A DNA stretch of 37,908 bases from a virus (lineage: Duplodnaviria > Caudoviricetes), in the IMG/VR virus record IMGVR_UViG_3300030329_003932, positions 1-37,908 of that record. The stretch is one strand, 5' to 3'. Positions 10,442 through 20,686 of the stretch are shown in pieces (positions within the stretch are counted from its first letter, which is position 1; every line of letters starts with the position of its first letter). The notes beneath the pieces are model-generated. The model ran no database searches. It saw only the letters and a list, made by a program, of their open reading frames with translations, and was not told where the DNA came from. A program made the translations under genes and the position numbers.

Positions 10442-11058
10442 TATTTAAACCTTTTTTTGTAGTAGTCAAGCCAATCATCTACTTCACTTTCTTCTGTGCC
10501 ACTACCAGGAAGTCCCCCTGTAAAATCCTGATGTGCTAAATATGCATCTGATAAACCACCTACCAGGTTACCAACAACACTATCCCTTCTCTCTTTTCTT
10601 GCTAATGCATTTTGGTACTTTCTTGCTTCTTCTTCTCTTCCAATAGCTGATGCCTGGGCGCTTGCATCTAACTTACTTTGTTCATTCATCTTTGCTATTT
10701 GTTTGGCCATCCTAGCAGCTTGCAATGTTGTCTGTCCACCTTCTTTAATTAAGTGCTGTGCTAATACACCACTATTTTCCAAACCTTGTTTAGTAGCATT
10801 AGAATGCAATGCTGCCCTAGTTAGATTTGAACTCTGTTGTAAATCAGCACCTATCTCATTTTTTACATCTTGACCATACAAGCCTTCCTTACTAATGTTT
10901 CTTAATTTGTTTAGATAAGCTGTTGTCTCAGGCGCTGCTTTTTGCTGTGGAGCCTTGTTTAACCAATCATGTATACCCTTACCAATCTTGGGTGCTGCCA
11001 TCGCTAAACCATAAGCGGTTGCTGGGTCTATAAATGCTTGTACGATATCATATTCCAT
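10441..11058 (-). CDS. Putative internal virion (ejection) protein
   Basis: 205 aa, Ala/Gln-rich helical with hydrophobic Gly/Ala segments; typical position after the nozzle genes. Confidence 0.55.
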   Translation of the reverse strand: MEYDIVQAFIDPATAYGLAMAAPKIGKGIHDWLNKAPQQKAAPETTAYLNKLRNISKEGLYGQDVKNEIGADLQQSSNLTRAALHSNATKQGLENSGVLAQHLIKEGGQTTLQAARMAKQIAKMNEQSKLDASAQASAIGREEEARKYQNALARKERRDSVVGNLVGGLSDAYLAHQDFTGGLPGSGTEESEVDDWLDYYKKRFK

Positions 11059-11062
11059 TTTC

Positions 11063-11332
11063 TTATCCTACCTTCGTTCCAGTAAACATAAATGTGTTAC
11101 CGTCATTATCTTTAAAATAAATTCTTGATTCATCACTAGTTGGTGATGATGGACCCTCTTGGCCCTTCTTAATAGATGTAAAAACAAATTCACCTGGCTC
11201 TATATCAGCTGACCTTACCAGGCCTGTTGTAACCGTGGTCCTTTTGGCTCTTTGTTTTACATTCCTGGTCAATTGAGATACGTTCTTATCAACCTGCATA
11301 TTGGTAAATTTCAATCTACTCATCTGTTTCAA
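11063..11332 (-). CDS. Hypothetical virion-module protein
   Basis: ORF track, 89 aa, tightly packed in the operon. Confidence 0.55.
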   Translation of the reverse strand: MKQMSRLKFTNMQVDKNVSQLTRNVKQRAKRTTVTTGLVRSADIEPGEFVFTSIKKGQEGPSSPTSDESRIYFKDNDGNTFMFTGTKVG

Positions 11333-11678
11333 TCTCCAATTTTCTTATAGTTATGTCATCAGTAACATTATCTGATTGTAATCTTATAGAAACTGTCTTG
11401 GCCCTAATACCCGTTGTAGGTCTTCTACTAACTATTTTTGAACCACTAGCATTTGCAGGAAAAGTAAAGGACCCACTACCATCAACAGCCGTTGTTGAAT
11501 TATCTATATAGATATAACAGGTAATAGCAGCATCGCTTGTATAATTAAGGTTTATTCTCCTTATTAATACATTTTCGTCCATATTTGATATGTCAAAAAA
11601 ACCAGTCCTATATATAACAGATACGGTTTCAACACTACTTGAGTCATGCAACTTTTTTACTGTGGTGTTATATGCCAT
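11316..11678 (-). CDS. Tail-associated protein (resembles the C-terminal part of nozzle/stabilisation proteins)
   Basis: 120 aa beta-rich, YRTGFFD..IRRINL pattern; starts 2 nt after the nozzle gene stop. Confidence 0.5.
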   Translation of the reverse strand: MAYNTTVKKLHDSSSVETVSVIYRTGFFDISNMDENVLIRRINLNYTSDAAITCYIYIDNSTTAVDGSGSFTFPANASGSKIVSRRPTTGIRAKTVSIRLQSDNVTDDITIRKLEIETDE

Positions 11679-11680
11679 AA

Positions 11681-13942
11681 TTATCCGCCACCACCTCCAC
11701 CAGATGTTGCTGATTTAAATCCTATCACATCTAAGGTATCATTAATTGAAAATAAATCAGGACCATCATTGGTTCCATTTGTATAGAACTTCATAGTGGT
11801 CCAAGACTGGCTATCTAAATTGTATACATATTGAGTATTTATCTCATCACCAAACCTGCATATAATCCTATTCCTTAATACGTCATATATCATTCTACTA
11901 TTTTGCAGATTGGTGGAGCCAGTATATACATCTTTAATAGGTTCCGCAATTGGGTTAAATCTAAAATCTGGAGTTATCTGATATATGTTATCCCTGGCGC
12001 AGAAAAATAAATTATCCTTAACACTAATAATTGCTTTACTAGCTACACATCCTATATTTTTATCTGCTTCCATTAAAGACCAATCAGCAGGGTTTCCTGT
12101 TGAACCAACATCTAATCTGAATATTCCCCTGGACATAAAGACAACTAATGAATCCAGGATTCTATTTAGGCCAGTTATATACCCACCTTGTTGGTCCTTC
12201 ACCTGAATATAATTAATGGTAGGTAATATGTCTGGCATACCAGCTTCTGAAAAGATAATCCAATCTGGCCTATCTTCATTATCCCCACCTGGGTCTAGTC
12301 TTACATTCCCTACAAATAATCTATTCCCCATCATTTGGCTATATTTATAATTGACCTTTACCTTTAAGTCGTCAACAAAAGGTTGAGGTGCGCCACTTGT
12401 TAAACCAACGTCATAAAAATAATAAGTAGCAGTATTACTACTATATGTTTCGACATAATTTTTATGGACCGAAACAGAACTAGAATAAGATGTGGTAGAG
12501 TCTGTAAGGAGTATTGCTTTACCTACCGAACCCTGCACAATTTTATGACTATTACTATGAACTGCAATCCCACCATCCCATTGACCAACACCTATCCTAT
12601 CACCATTATCCATATTGTGAAATATTAATGCATTGGTATGGCAAGACCCATTTAAGACATCGGTATATGAATTTAAAGTCTGCGAACTACCACCCTCATC
12701 AGGGTTCTCAACTAGAACTCTAGCAATTCTAAATTCTTCATTGAAAAAATCATCAGCACCACCTGGTATCCCACTAATGATATTCATATAACCTTTTGAT
12801 AATCGATTTACAAAGTCGCTGTTACTACCTGGTCCTGTAATATTTGAACTACCAAGAGATGGTGATGCTTGCCAAATAGGAAATCCATTTGACAAAACCG
12901 AATTCGCATTACCCCCTTCTGACTTCTTAACAACAAAATATTCAACAGTTACATCAGTAGTACTGGTTTGAGTTGCGCCACAATCAAAATCTGCAAAAAT
13001 TCCAGATGCTAAAGTTGAGCCAATCAAAGCATCAGCGTATACCGCTGCACGACCCACTTTATAATTAGTACTCGTAGCTGTAATTGTTGTGTTTTGATTA
13101 TTGCTTGTGGTGTTTATTGGAATGGTCCCAATATGAAAAAATGTACCTGCACTTTCTATCTCGCGATAAATCTTAATTGCTGTTATTCTAGGGTTAAATG
13201 CATACGTTTTATTTGGTGCAGTACCACTAGAACTAGCAGGGATTGTTAATTTAAGTTGAGCCATTCTATTGTTGTTAGCAGTAGATAAAGACTTAAAAGA
13301 ATCACCTAGTGGCATCTCTTGAAATCCATCATACAATACACTTAGTTTATAACTGTGCAGTTTATTGACATCAATTGCAAGACCAGCTGCTGATGCAGAC
13401 TCAAGCAATGATTCAAATACAATATCATCTGCTGCTGGATATGATAATAATGCATCCTGGAAAACAAATTCATCTACGGTATAATTTCCACTAAAAAAGT
13501 TTCTACTAATATGCTGTAGTATTTTTGGACCCTGTGCTAAGTTATTTGGGGCATATCTAAATTCGGTCCCGTGGTCCTGAAGGTCAAAATCTGTAGGTAT
13601 ATTAGAAGAGTATGCTGAACCTAGAACGGTTGGGGTTGGGGCAGGATTTGAAAATAAATTACTGACAATAGTTTTTAATTTTTTATCATCACTATCGTAA
13701 CCAGTCCAAACACCTGCAATTTCTGCCCCAGCAAGATTTACATTACTAGGGGACCAGTATTTCACATCTGAAAATTTTAACGTATTAATAGTGGAACCGT
13801 TACTACGGCCTGGACGTTTAACTAAACTCCCTGGTGTGTCTAATAAAAAGTTTTGATTTGTTAAGGCATATTCATTTCCAAGGTCAGTTGGGTCTGCATT
13901 CGTTGCAATACCTTTAAAGGTTTTCAACTCGATTTTTGCCAT
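11681..13942 (-). CDS. Tail nozzle / tubular protein B (P22 gp10-like beta-propeller)
   Basis: 753 aa; N-terminal FKGIAT..NQNF..GSLVKRPG, and NRLFVG..IIFSE, ITGL..LVVF, IGCV..LFF propeller-type motifs. Confidence 0.7.
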   Translation of the reverse strand: MAKIELKTFKGIATNADPTDLGNEYALTNQNFLLDTPGSLVKRPGRSNGSTINTLKFSDVKYWSPSNVNLAGAEIAGVWTGYDSDDKKLKTIVSNLFSNPAPTPTVLGSAYSSNIPTDFDLQDHGTEFRYAPNNLAQGPKILQHISRNFFSGNYTVDEFVFQDALLSYPAADDIVFESLLESASAAGLAIDVNKLHSYKLSVLYDGFQEMPLGDSFKSLSTANNNRMAQLKLTIPASSSGTAPNKTYAFNPRITAIKIYREIESAGTFFHIGTIPINTTSNNQNTTITATSTNYKVGRAAVYADALIGSTLASGIFADFDCGATQTSTTDVTVEYFVVKKSEGGNANSVLSNGFPIWQASPSLGSSNITGPGSNSDFVNRLSKGYMNIISGIPGGADDFFNEEFRIARVLVENPDEGGSSQTLNSYTDVLNGSCHTNALIFHNMDNGDRIGVGQWDGGIAVHSNSHKIVQGSVGKAILLTDSTTSYSSSVSVHKNYVETYSSNTATYYFYDVGLTSGAPQPFVDDLKVKVNYKYSQMMGNRLFVGNVRLDPGGDNEDRPDWIIFSEAGMPDILPTINYIQVKDQQGGYITGLNRILDSLVVFMSRGIFRLDVGSTGNPADWSLMEADKNIGCVASKAIISVKDNLFFCARDNIYQITPDFRFNPIAEPIKDVYTGSTNLQNSRMIYDVLRNRIICRFGDEINTQYVYNLDSQSWTTMKFYTNGTNDGPDLFSINDTLDVIGFKSATSGGGGGG

Positions 13943-14901
13943 TAGATAGCACCACTACCTACCCTATCCGCAACGTAAGACATTCCACTCACATCTGAAT
14001 TAGCTACTGTGGTCCTTGCCTTCTCCCGATTAGCTACATATAAACCATAATGATTTTGATACTCTTTTGCATTACCAATATCTTGGTGAATCATTGCTTT
14101 AGCATAATCAACTAGCGAATAGTGATAAACATCAGGAACAATAGGAGATGTTTCGCTGTAATCATATTGATTACCATTTATTGTAGCTGCTCCACCAAAT
14201 CCTAAATTATTCCAGGTTTGAACGATACTGGACCAGTTGGTCCCATATAAATTTTCGTAATAGGTTGTTTCGTCACCAGTACTAAAAAAATCTTCATTGT
14301 CAGTTGTGAATCCATTTGTGAAACCAGACAATATTAACTCGCCTGCTTTTGGCTCAAAATGATTTGCTCTTTCAACTGTGGCAACAGTATTAGTTGTGTT
14401 GGATGCACCAACCCTGGATTTTACCTTGTCACCTACTCTAAAATATTCAGATACTAGATTGTCAAAACGGACCTTCTTCATACCTGTTTTACTTCTTAGA
14501 CTTGTAGGTGCAGCAACATAGGTAAGAGTCAATATACCTATCTGAGATGGCCTTGGAATAAGATGTAATCTCCTATCTTCTAGATAGTATTCTGCTGGTG
14601 TACCTTTATTGAATAAATTTGTATCGCTATTCTGATTGTATAAATAATCATTACTTTTTCTTTGCCTTAAATAATCGCCCCTAAATACTGGGGAGTCAAC
14701 CATCTCTATAAAGTCTGATGGTAAATCAATATATGTTTTGCTTGAATAAATATATATATTGAATTTTCTAACATAACACTTTGTAAAAAGTGCAAAATCT
14801 TCTTGCGCTTCATCCAGGTATTTTCCTGCCCTGGTATCTAATTGCCCTACGCGACCTTCAAATGGGACCAGGACTCTGTCTATTAAACTTGCCCAGGTCA
14901 T
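13942..14901 (-). CDS. Head-tail adaptor / tail tubular protein A-like (with insertion)
   Basis: 319 aa; LPSDF, GTPAEYY..LHLIPRP, IVPDVYHYSLVDYA motifs typical of podoviral adaptors. Confidence 0.6.
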   Translation of the reverse strand: MTWASLIDRVLVPFEGRVGQLDTRAGKYLDEAQEDFALFTKCYVRKFNIYIYSSKTYIDLPSDFIEMVDSPVFRGDYLRQRKSNDYLYNQNSDTNLFNKGTPAEYYLEDRRLHLIPRPSQIGILTLTYVAAPTSLRSKTGMKKVRFDNLVSEYFRVGDKVKSRVGASNTTNTVATVERANHFEPKAGELILSGFTNGFTTDNEDFFSTGDETTYYENLYGTNWSSIVQTWNNLGFGGAATINGNQYDYSETSPIVPDVYHYSLVDYAKAMIHQDIGNAKEYQNHYGLYVANREKARTTVANSDVSGMSYVADRVGSGAI

Positions 14902-15533
14902 TATTGAACTCCTGTTGGCGCTTCTGCCTGGTATCTTTCATTTAATATCTTTATCTGCGCCATTGCATTTGCTTGTGCCAATTGCGCCCTACTGGATTTA
15001 TTATCCATTTTCCACATTTCTGCTTCTGCCAGGTCCACGATAATATCATGTAAACCAACATTTAAAGGACTATTAGCACCTGATGCTATTGCTGCTGGGG
15101 ACCCAAGGTAATAAAGCTGTAGTTCTGTCATGCCAACATTAGGTCTAATATGTAACCTGTTTTGAAATATCCAGGCTACAGGACTATCCTCTGATGGTGT
15201 TAAATATTGATTCTCAATATCTTTCACATCCTCAAAAGGCATCATTGTAGCAAATTTAAAATCTCCTGCATATTTAACTTGAACTGCAATAAATCTATTT
15301 CTTATGGGTGCAAGGTTCGAATCAAATGGAATATAACCATTGGTTATGTTAGCTGATGTGGGAGTCTTTGACTGTTGAACTTCTAATTCAGTCAGGTAAG
15401 CTTCATTTATTAAATTAACAACAGTTCTTTGTCCAACATTCAATGCTGAATATTTTGTGGCCGATGGAAAGTTCACATGACCTGTATCTTCCATTCGTAA
15501 GCCTAATAATGTTAACATTTCTGCTGCTGTCAT
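14901..15533 (-). CDS. Head-tail adaptor-like protein
   Basis: 210 aa; MT..EM, LN..QR, P..W..LHIRP, LHDIIVDLA pattern parallels the adjacent adaptor. Confidence 0.6.
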   Translation of the reverse strand: MTAAEMLTLLGLRMEDTGHVNFPSATKYSALNVGQRTVVNLINEAYLTELEVQQSKTPTSANITNGYIPFDSNLAPIRNRFIAVQVKYAGDFKFATMMPFEDVKDIENQYLTPSEDSPVAWIFQNRLHIRPNVGMTELQLYYLGSPAAIASGANSPLNVGLHDIIVDLAEAEMWKMDNKSSRAQLAQANAMAQIKILNERYQAEAPTGVQ

Positions 15534-15617
15534 ATTTATTCAACGGTTCCCCAGCCCGAAGACTGGGGAGTGACCGTATCTCATTTTATTTCGTTATAAG
15601 TCGGTTAAGAACCGAGG

Positions 15618-15878
15618 TTATTCTGTGATAGTACCTATTATTACCCAAGTCACAGAAGCATCTGCTGCTGATGTCTTGGTATAGGTTTTACCAGCATTAG
15701 TGTCAATATAAAGCGAACCTTTAGGACTCGCTTTCAAATCACCACTTGCGCCAGTTGCTGGTGCGCCAGTACCAGTTGCAAAATGGACATTGCCCATTCT
15801 CATAACTGCTACGCCACCAACTTCCTCATTAACCATTGCCATTCCAACTTTATCTACACTTTTTTGTGATATCGCCAT
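15618..15878 (-). CDS. Putative capsid decoration/minor head protein
   Basis: 86 aa directly after the MCP; GTGAP..GSLYIDT..G..Y.K..W motif. Confidence 0.5.
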   Translation of the reverse strand: MAISQKSVDKVGMAMVNEEVGGVAVMRMGNVHFATGTGAPATGASGDLKASPKGSLYIDTNAGKTYTKTSAADASVTWVIIGTITE

Positions 15879-15890
15879 TTAAACCCCCTA

Positions 15891-16886
15891 TTAATAAGCT
15901 GAAGGTCCGCCTGTTAACTTCCCAAGCATTCTTGGGTTACTAACAGTCAAAGCACCTAACCAAAGGATATGTGCTACGGATGCATCTTGGTTAACGGGTT
16001 TATTGAATCCCTGGAAGGCAAAGTTTCTCGAACCATGATGTCTAAATTTGATATATTTAGTGTTCAAGAAATACATATGTCCATCAGGGCAATGGTCATC
16101 AACAACTACAGGTGTGCCACGATATAACAGATTAGTAAAACCAGCGTCTGCTAAAGATTCGCTAGATGCACCAAAACGCTTTTGCGCTGTGAGTGCTGCT
16201 TCATAAGCATCGAAAATGACCTGAGTGGTCACAATCAAATCTGGGGAATCGTTATCAATGGTACACTTACCATACATTTGTCGTAATTCGACCAATATGG
16301 AATCAGCATGAGTTGCATCAGATACCTGGGAAAAAGTACTACTATCAAATGTATCTACCTGTGCATCCCACCATGTATAGTTATTTGAATCAATACCACC
16401 AAGTGAACGGTCTACTGCACAGATATGTTGTAAGCCAACAAATCCTGAAGCTTCCGCATCAGCTGGGGTTGAGACAGTAGACCCATCATTATCGGAGTAT
16501 AACTGAGAACCGAAAAGGTCTTTCAATGATTTTTCTGCATTCTTCACCTTTGCAGAAATCAAATCAATCACTCTTTCGGAACCACTATTCAAAGATTCTT
16601 CACGCCCACTATAAGTAATGGATGCATGACATTGAACCCAATCGTAAGCAGCATCAGTAAAGACTTCTTGTGGTGTTGTATCCAAAGTATCGTAACCACT
16701 ATAGAAACCTTTCGCAGTACTCTTCGCGTATTCAATAGGCTGAAGTACTTTATTACCAGATGCGATTGGCTCTGAATTTTTCAACATTTTAAATGTCAAA
16801 ACATTCGAGTTGAATATGTTATCTACCATAACAGGGATAAACTTGTCACGAGTTACAGCTGTTAAGCTGTCGTAATTAAGTGCCAT
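15891..16886 (-). CDS. Major capsid protein (HK97 fold)
   Basis: 331 aa after the scaffold; GLQHI..GGID, PDLIVT..FDAYE, GF..L.YRG.PVVVD..CP...MYFLNT motifs; AGGA SD. Confidence 0.85.
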   Translation of the reverse strand: MALNYDSLTAVTRDKFIPVMVDNIFNSNVLTFKMLKNSEPIASGNKVLQPIEYAKSTAKGFYSGYDTLDTTPQEVFTDAAYDWVQCHASITYSGREESLNSGSERVIDLISAKVKNAEKSLKDLFGSQLYSDNDGSTVSTPADAEASGFVGLQHICAVDRSLGGIDSNNYTWWDAQVDTFDSSTFSQVSDATHADSILVELRQMYGKCTIDNDSPDLIVTTQVIFDAYEAALTAQKRFGASSESLADAGFTNLLYRGTPVVVDDHCPDGHMYFLNTKYIKFRHHGSRNFAFQGFNKPVNQDASVAHILWLGALTVSNPRMLGKLTGGPSAY

Positions 16887-16899
16887 TTTTTATTCCTTT

Positions 16900-17796
16900 C
16901 TAATCGTAGAAATTGTAATTCTTCAGCGCGGACTGCCTAGCATCCCTGTAGTTCTCAGCTTTTGTAACTGGCTCGGTATGTTGGCCTTTTACTGCACCTG
17001 AAGGTTCAGGTATGCTCTTCATAGCTTTCGCGCTTCTTGCTCTGTTAACCGCGGTTTTAAAAGCACTATCTTCAGCAGCTGTATGATAGGTTAAAACAAA
17101 TGCATCTTCTAATCCTTGAAGTCCTACAAAGCCTTTGTCGATGGCCGTATGAATCACCTGGTCCATCAATTCCTGGTCTTCAAGTTCAGGATGTGTTTGT
17201 TTGAGTTGACCAAGGTCGGCATTTACTTGCTGGTCGGCTTCCATGTCCAGCTTTTCCTGCTCGCGTACTTGATTTATCTCGTTTAACCGTTCTTCCAACT
17301 CCAGGAGTTTACCTTGGGTAGCATCCTTCGTGTCCTGACTGGTATCTTTTACCGCTTCACCTTCTTCCATAGAAAATAATGGATGGTCTTCATCCAATAT
17401 ATCTTTCAAAGCTTCCATTGCATCTTCGTTATTCCGTAATGAGGACCAGGCTTTCTGTTCAGCTTCTAAAGCTTTTCTTTGAGCGCTAATCTCTTGCGAC
17501 TTTTCCGTATTTGTCTTTTGCCATTCGGCTTTATTGTTGAAAGCTTCAAGTGCTTCTTGAATAGTGTCCAGGTCATATTCCTGGCCGTCCAATTCGAGAA
17601 CTTCTACTTCTTGAAGGTCTTCTTGCTCACTTTCAGGTAACTCTGATTGGTCAGTTTCCTGACTTACTGGTTCCTCGGGTTGTGAATCACCCAAATTTTG
17701 CTCCACAGGTTGACTCGGCTCAACACCCATTAACATATTAGCTTCGTCCTGAGAAAGTGTAACACCAGAATAACTGGTTTGTACTTCGTCTGACAT
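16900..17796 (-). CDS. Capsid scaffolding protein
   Basis: 298 aa, very acidic N-terminus and coiled coil, directly upstream of the MCP; AGGAG SD. Confidence 0.75.
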   Translation of the reverse strand: MSDEVQTSYSGVTLSQDEANMLMGVEPSQPVEQNLGDSQPEEPVSQETDQSELPESEQEDLQEVEVLELDGQEYDLDTIQEALEAFNNKAEWQKTNTEKSQEISAQRKALEAEQKAWSSLRNNEDAMEALKDILDEDHPLFSMEEGEAVKDTSQDTKDATQGKLLELEERLNEINQVREQEKLDMEADQQVNADLGQLKQTHPELEDQELMDQVIHTAIDKGFVGLQGLEDAFVLTYHTAAEDSAFKTAVNRARSAKAMKSIPEPSGAVKGQHTEPVTKAENYRDARQSALKNYNFYD

Positions 17797-17866
17797 TTAT
17801 AGTCTCCTGTGATTGTTTAATTTTTTATTAGTTGTCAATAGTATCCAACCTGATAGTTAATCTTTC

Positions 17867-18175
17867 CTACGTTTTTTCACTCTTCTTCCGTTTTAATCTC
17901 ATTTTCTTAATTTTCTTCCGATTTTTAAACTGCCGAACCTTTGATTTTATCTCATCTTTCCATGTTAACTTTTTCAGTCTTCTCTTACCTTTGCTTTTAG
18001 ATGTTATTGTGCCGCGACCAACTGATTTCGCAATTTCTGAACTAATATTCTCTTGTTCATCCTTTTGATTTTTTAAGGGTCTGGGTTGAGGTTTGTGGTC
18101 CCAGGTGTCACCACCAGTCTTAGGTTTCTTGTAGGTACTCTTCTTTTTTAAAGCTTTTGTATAGTGTCCTGGCAT
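17867..18175 (-). CDS. Highly basic Lys/Arg-rich protein
   Basis: 102 aa; stop/start coupling with the upstream gene. Confidence 0.6.
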   Translation of the reverse strand: MPGHYTKALKKKSTYKKPKTGGDTWDHKPQPRPLKNQKDEQENISSEIAKSVGRGTITSKSKGKRRLKKLTWKDEIKSKVRQFKNRKKIKKMRLKRKKSEKT

Positions 18176-18627
18176 TACTTTTTACCTTTCTTTCTTTTCT
18201 TCCGTTTATATTTCATTTTTATATCGGATATAACATTTCGGTATTGTTTCTTCAATTTATCAGTCGGTTTTTTAGGCACACCTTCCCTAAAAACAACCCC
18301 ATAGCCTGATTTCCTGGTTTCTTCATACAGTCCACTCTCATCACGCTTAATTCTTTTGTCCTTCATCTTGGTTTTATTAGGTGTTTCAAATTTCGTTACG
18401 GTTTTCTTAACCAGGTTGCTACGAGGATTCTTTTCAATAGGTGTATCTACAGTTTTTGTATACCGAGCCTTACCTATTTTGACCTTAGTTGTTTTTCGTT
18501 TTCTCTTTTCACCTTTGTGAGGAACTGAATTGGTTACTGCTACAGTTTCGGTTTTAGTAGTCAAAAAGGGTTTTCTCTTCTTCCTTTTTAGCTTCATTCT
18601 TCTGACTCTTTCCTTAGCGGTAGACAT
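18175..18627 (-). CDS. Highly basic Lys/Arg-rich protein
   Basis: 150 aa; start overlaps the portal stop codon. Confidence 0.6.
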   Translation of the reverse strand: MSTAKERVRRMKLKRKKRKPFLTTKTETVAVTNSVPHKGEKRKRKTTKVKIGKARYTKTVDTPIEKNPRSNLVKKTVTKFETPNKTKMKDKRIKRDESGLYEETRKSGYGVVFREGVPKKPTDKLKKQYRNVISDIKMKYKRKKRKKGKK

Positions 18628-20411
18628 TACCCTTCCCCTGGTGGCTGTTGTTGCATCTGTTGCATCATTTGAGGATTACTTTGTAATTGTTGGAATATCT
18701 CATCTTCAGACATCCCTTCAAATTGTTCTGGTCCAACTTGTTGCTGTTCCTTTTGGTCCCTCATTTGCTTGATTAATCTTTCCACACCTGGTAATTGCAT
18801 ATTCTCAAGTATGTACTCAGGGTCTTGTATCAAACCAGCTTGGACCAGGGATAGTATCTTCTCTTCAATATATGCCCTATTATCTGGTAACATAGAACCA
18901 ACCCTGGCTCGGACCATTGTATCCACTTCATTAAATTCCATTCCTATATATCTTACTTCAGCCTGATTCCCATCAGCATCTCGCATATCCAGGATGTGCA
19001 TTTTCTCACCCATATTTTTAATCATCGCTATCCACATCTGACCTAATATCTGCATTGCAGCATCAAGCTGCCTTGCTTTGAAATCAATTTTATTCGTTGC
19101 AGCGCTTCTATACACCTGGGCCTGAATTCCACTTGTTACATTCGGTTCCTGTTTACCCATTGTGGACCTAGTAACACCAGACACCGTTTCAAACATATCT
19201 ACCATTAGCTGATAAAAATTGAATACATATCCTGGCATACTAGATGGTTGCTGCATTGTTACTGAACCTGGACCTCTTTTTCTAATGATAGCGCCAGGTT
19301 TATTGTTTATTTGGTCCTGCACATCAGCTGTTTCATCTACTAACCACATAGGGTTAGCCATAAGATGAATATTATCCATCACTTGCGATGCTATTCTATC
19401 CAATGCCAGATTAATACTTTTCAATCTTTTTGGTTCTGGCTTTCCCCAAAAGGAATGGGCGCTTCCACCATTTTTCATTACAACAAACGGGAAAGGGTAA
19501 GGACATCGGTTCATTTTATCCAAAAATTGATATTTACTAGGCCCATCGTATAGTATGACATCGTTAGCCATGCAGACCTTTCGCAATCCCCCAGGGTACT
19601 TTAGTTTGCCAACCTTATCGTCTTCGTTTGTGTATTCGATGCTGCCATCTCTCATCCAGACTTCTACCAAAAGGGCGCGCTCTTCCAAGTTCTGCATAGC
19701 TTCAGTTTTGCCTTCAAAATAATTAGTCTCTTGCCCCTGTGTATCAGTTACTTGGACCAATGCCTTATCACCTTGTTTAACGTCAGTTATTTTAAGCGCT
19801 TCATATTCATTTAATTTTCCCATAGGCTGGACAAACTTTCCTTTCTCTGGGAATAATTGTTGTATTTCATATAGCGGTCTAGGAGCCATATGAACAATAT
19901 ATTGGGCATTTTCAAGCTTTGTTGCACTAGGATTCACATAAAAGGAGAAAGGGTCCACTATATCGCAATCTGGTAAATCATCATGCATATTCCAGTTTAG
20001 CTTGACTATGCCCGTACCATACACCAAATAATCTGTCAACCACTCTGGAACCAGGGTTGCCATATCGCGCATATACCATAAATCATCTAGCTGCGCCTGC
20101 AATGTATTCGCCATATATTTAGCTTCATCATCTGCACCTACAGCTATCACATCAATTTTAGGTGGTTTAGAAGACATAATAGGTATTTGGGTGTCAATGA
20201 CATTGGCAATCATGTCCAATGTCAATTGATTTTTAAACTCTGGCATATTCATTCCAGACCAATGTTCACCCATATATAATTTTTCTGATTCTCTCCAGAC
20301 ATCTGATGTTGATTTTCTTGCCTTTTTAGACATATCAACCATTGCATGGATTCTTTTTACAAGTTCCGCTTCCTTCCCTACCGCTTGATAAGTTTTTGTT
20401 TTTTCAGCCAT
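18627..20411 (-). CDS. Portal protein (P22-like)
   Basis: 594 aa after TerL; YGTGIVK, VDPFSFYVNPSA, FWG, VSGV..SG..Q motifs; Gln-rich C-terminus. Confidence 0.85.
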   Translation of the reverse strand: MAEKTKTYQAVGKEAELVKRIHAMVDMSKKARKSTSDVWRESEKLYMGEHWSGMNMPEFKNQLTLDMIANVIDTQIPIMSSKPPKIDVIAVGADDEAKYMANTLQAQLDDLWYMRDMATLVPEWLTDYLVYGTGIVKLNWNMHDDLPDCDIVDPFSFYVNPSATKLENAQYIVHMAPRPLYEIQQLFPEKGKFVQPMGKLNEYEALKITDVKQGDKALVQVTDTQGQETNYFEGKTEAMQNLEERALLVEVWMRDGSIEYTNEDDKVGKLKYPGGLRKVCMANDVILYDGPSKYQFLDKMNRCPYPFPFVVMKNGGSAHSFWGKPEPKRLKSINLALDRIASQVMDNIHLMANPMWLVDETADVQDQINNKPGAIIRKRGPGSVTMQQPSSMPGYVFNFYQLMVDMFETVSGVTRSTMGKQEPNVTSGIQAQVYRSAATNKIDFKARQLDAAMQILGQMWIAMIKNMGEKMHILDMRDADGNQAEVRYIGMEFNEVDTMVRARVGSMLPDNRAYIEEKILSLVQAGLIQDPEYILENMQLPGVERLIKQMRDQKEQQQVGPEQFEGMSEDEIFQQLQSNPQMMQQMQQQPPGEG

Positions 20412-20686
20412 TAGTTTCCTATTTTTGGATTAGTCCCAGTTATAATAGTGTCGCTAATTGTGGTCACTATATCTATATAGGCAGTTCTGGTATCTGGGGA
20501 CATATTCTCTATCTCATCATCATTCTGCAACTCTACTCTGTGCCATACACCCGTTTCGAAGTCAAACCTTTCCACTATCCTCTTAGGCCTGGGATATCTG
20601 TCTTGTTTGCTTCGAATTTTTGCATCAGTTTTATTATCCACGGTTTTGCTTCTTCCTCTTTGGGGTTTCCGATATGCATAAGACAA
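20411..20686 (-). CDS. Hypothetical protein between TerL and portal (start uncertain)
   Basis: ORF track; stop is coupled to the portal start; the 5' part overlaps terL. Confidence 0.5.
   Translation of the reverse strand: MSYAYRKPQRGRSKTVDNKTDAKIRSKQDRYPRPKRIVERFDFETGVWHRVELQNDDEIENMSPDTRTAYIDIVTTISDTIITGTNPKIGN

Noticed and set aside
15548-15570. Hairpin CCCCAG..CTGGGG after the capsid genes as a terminator
   Set aside because: The stem is present but there is no convincing U-tract on the minus strand; it may be a pause or stability hairpin.
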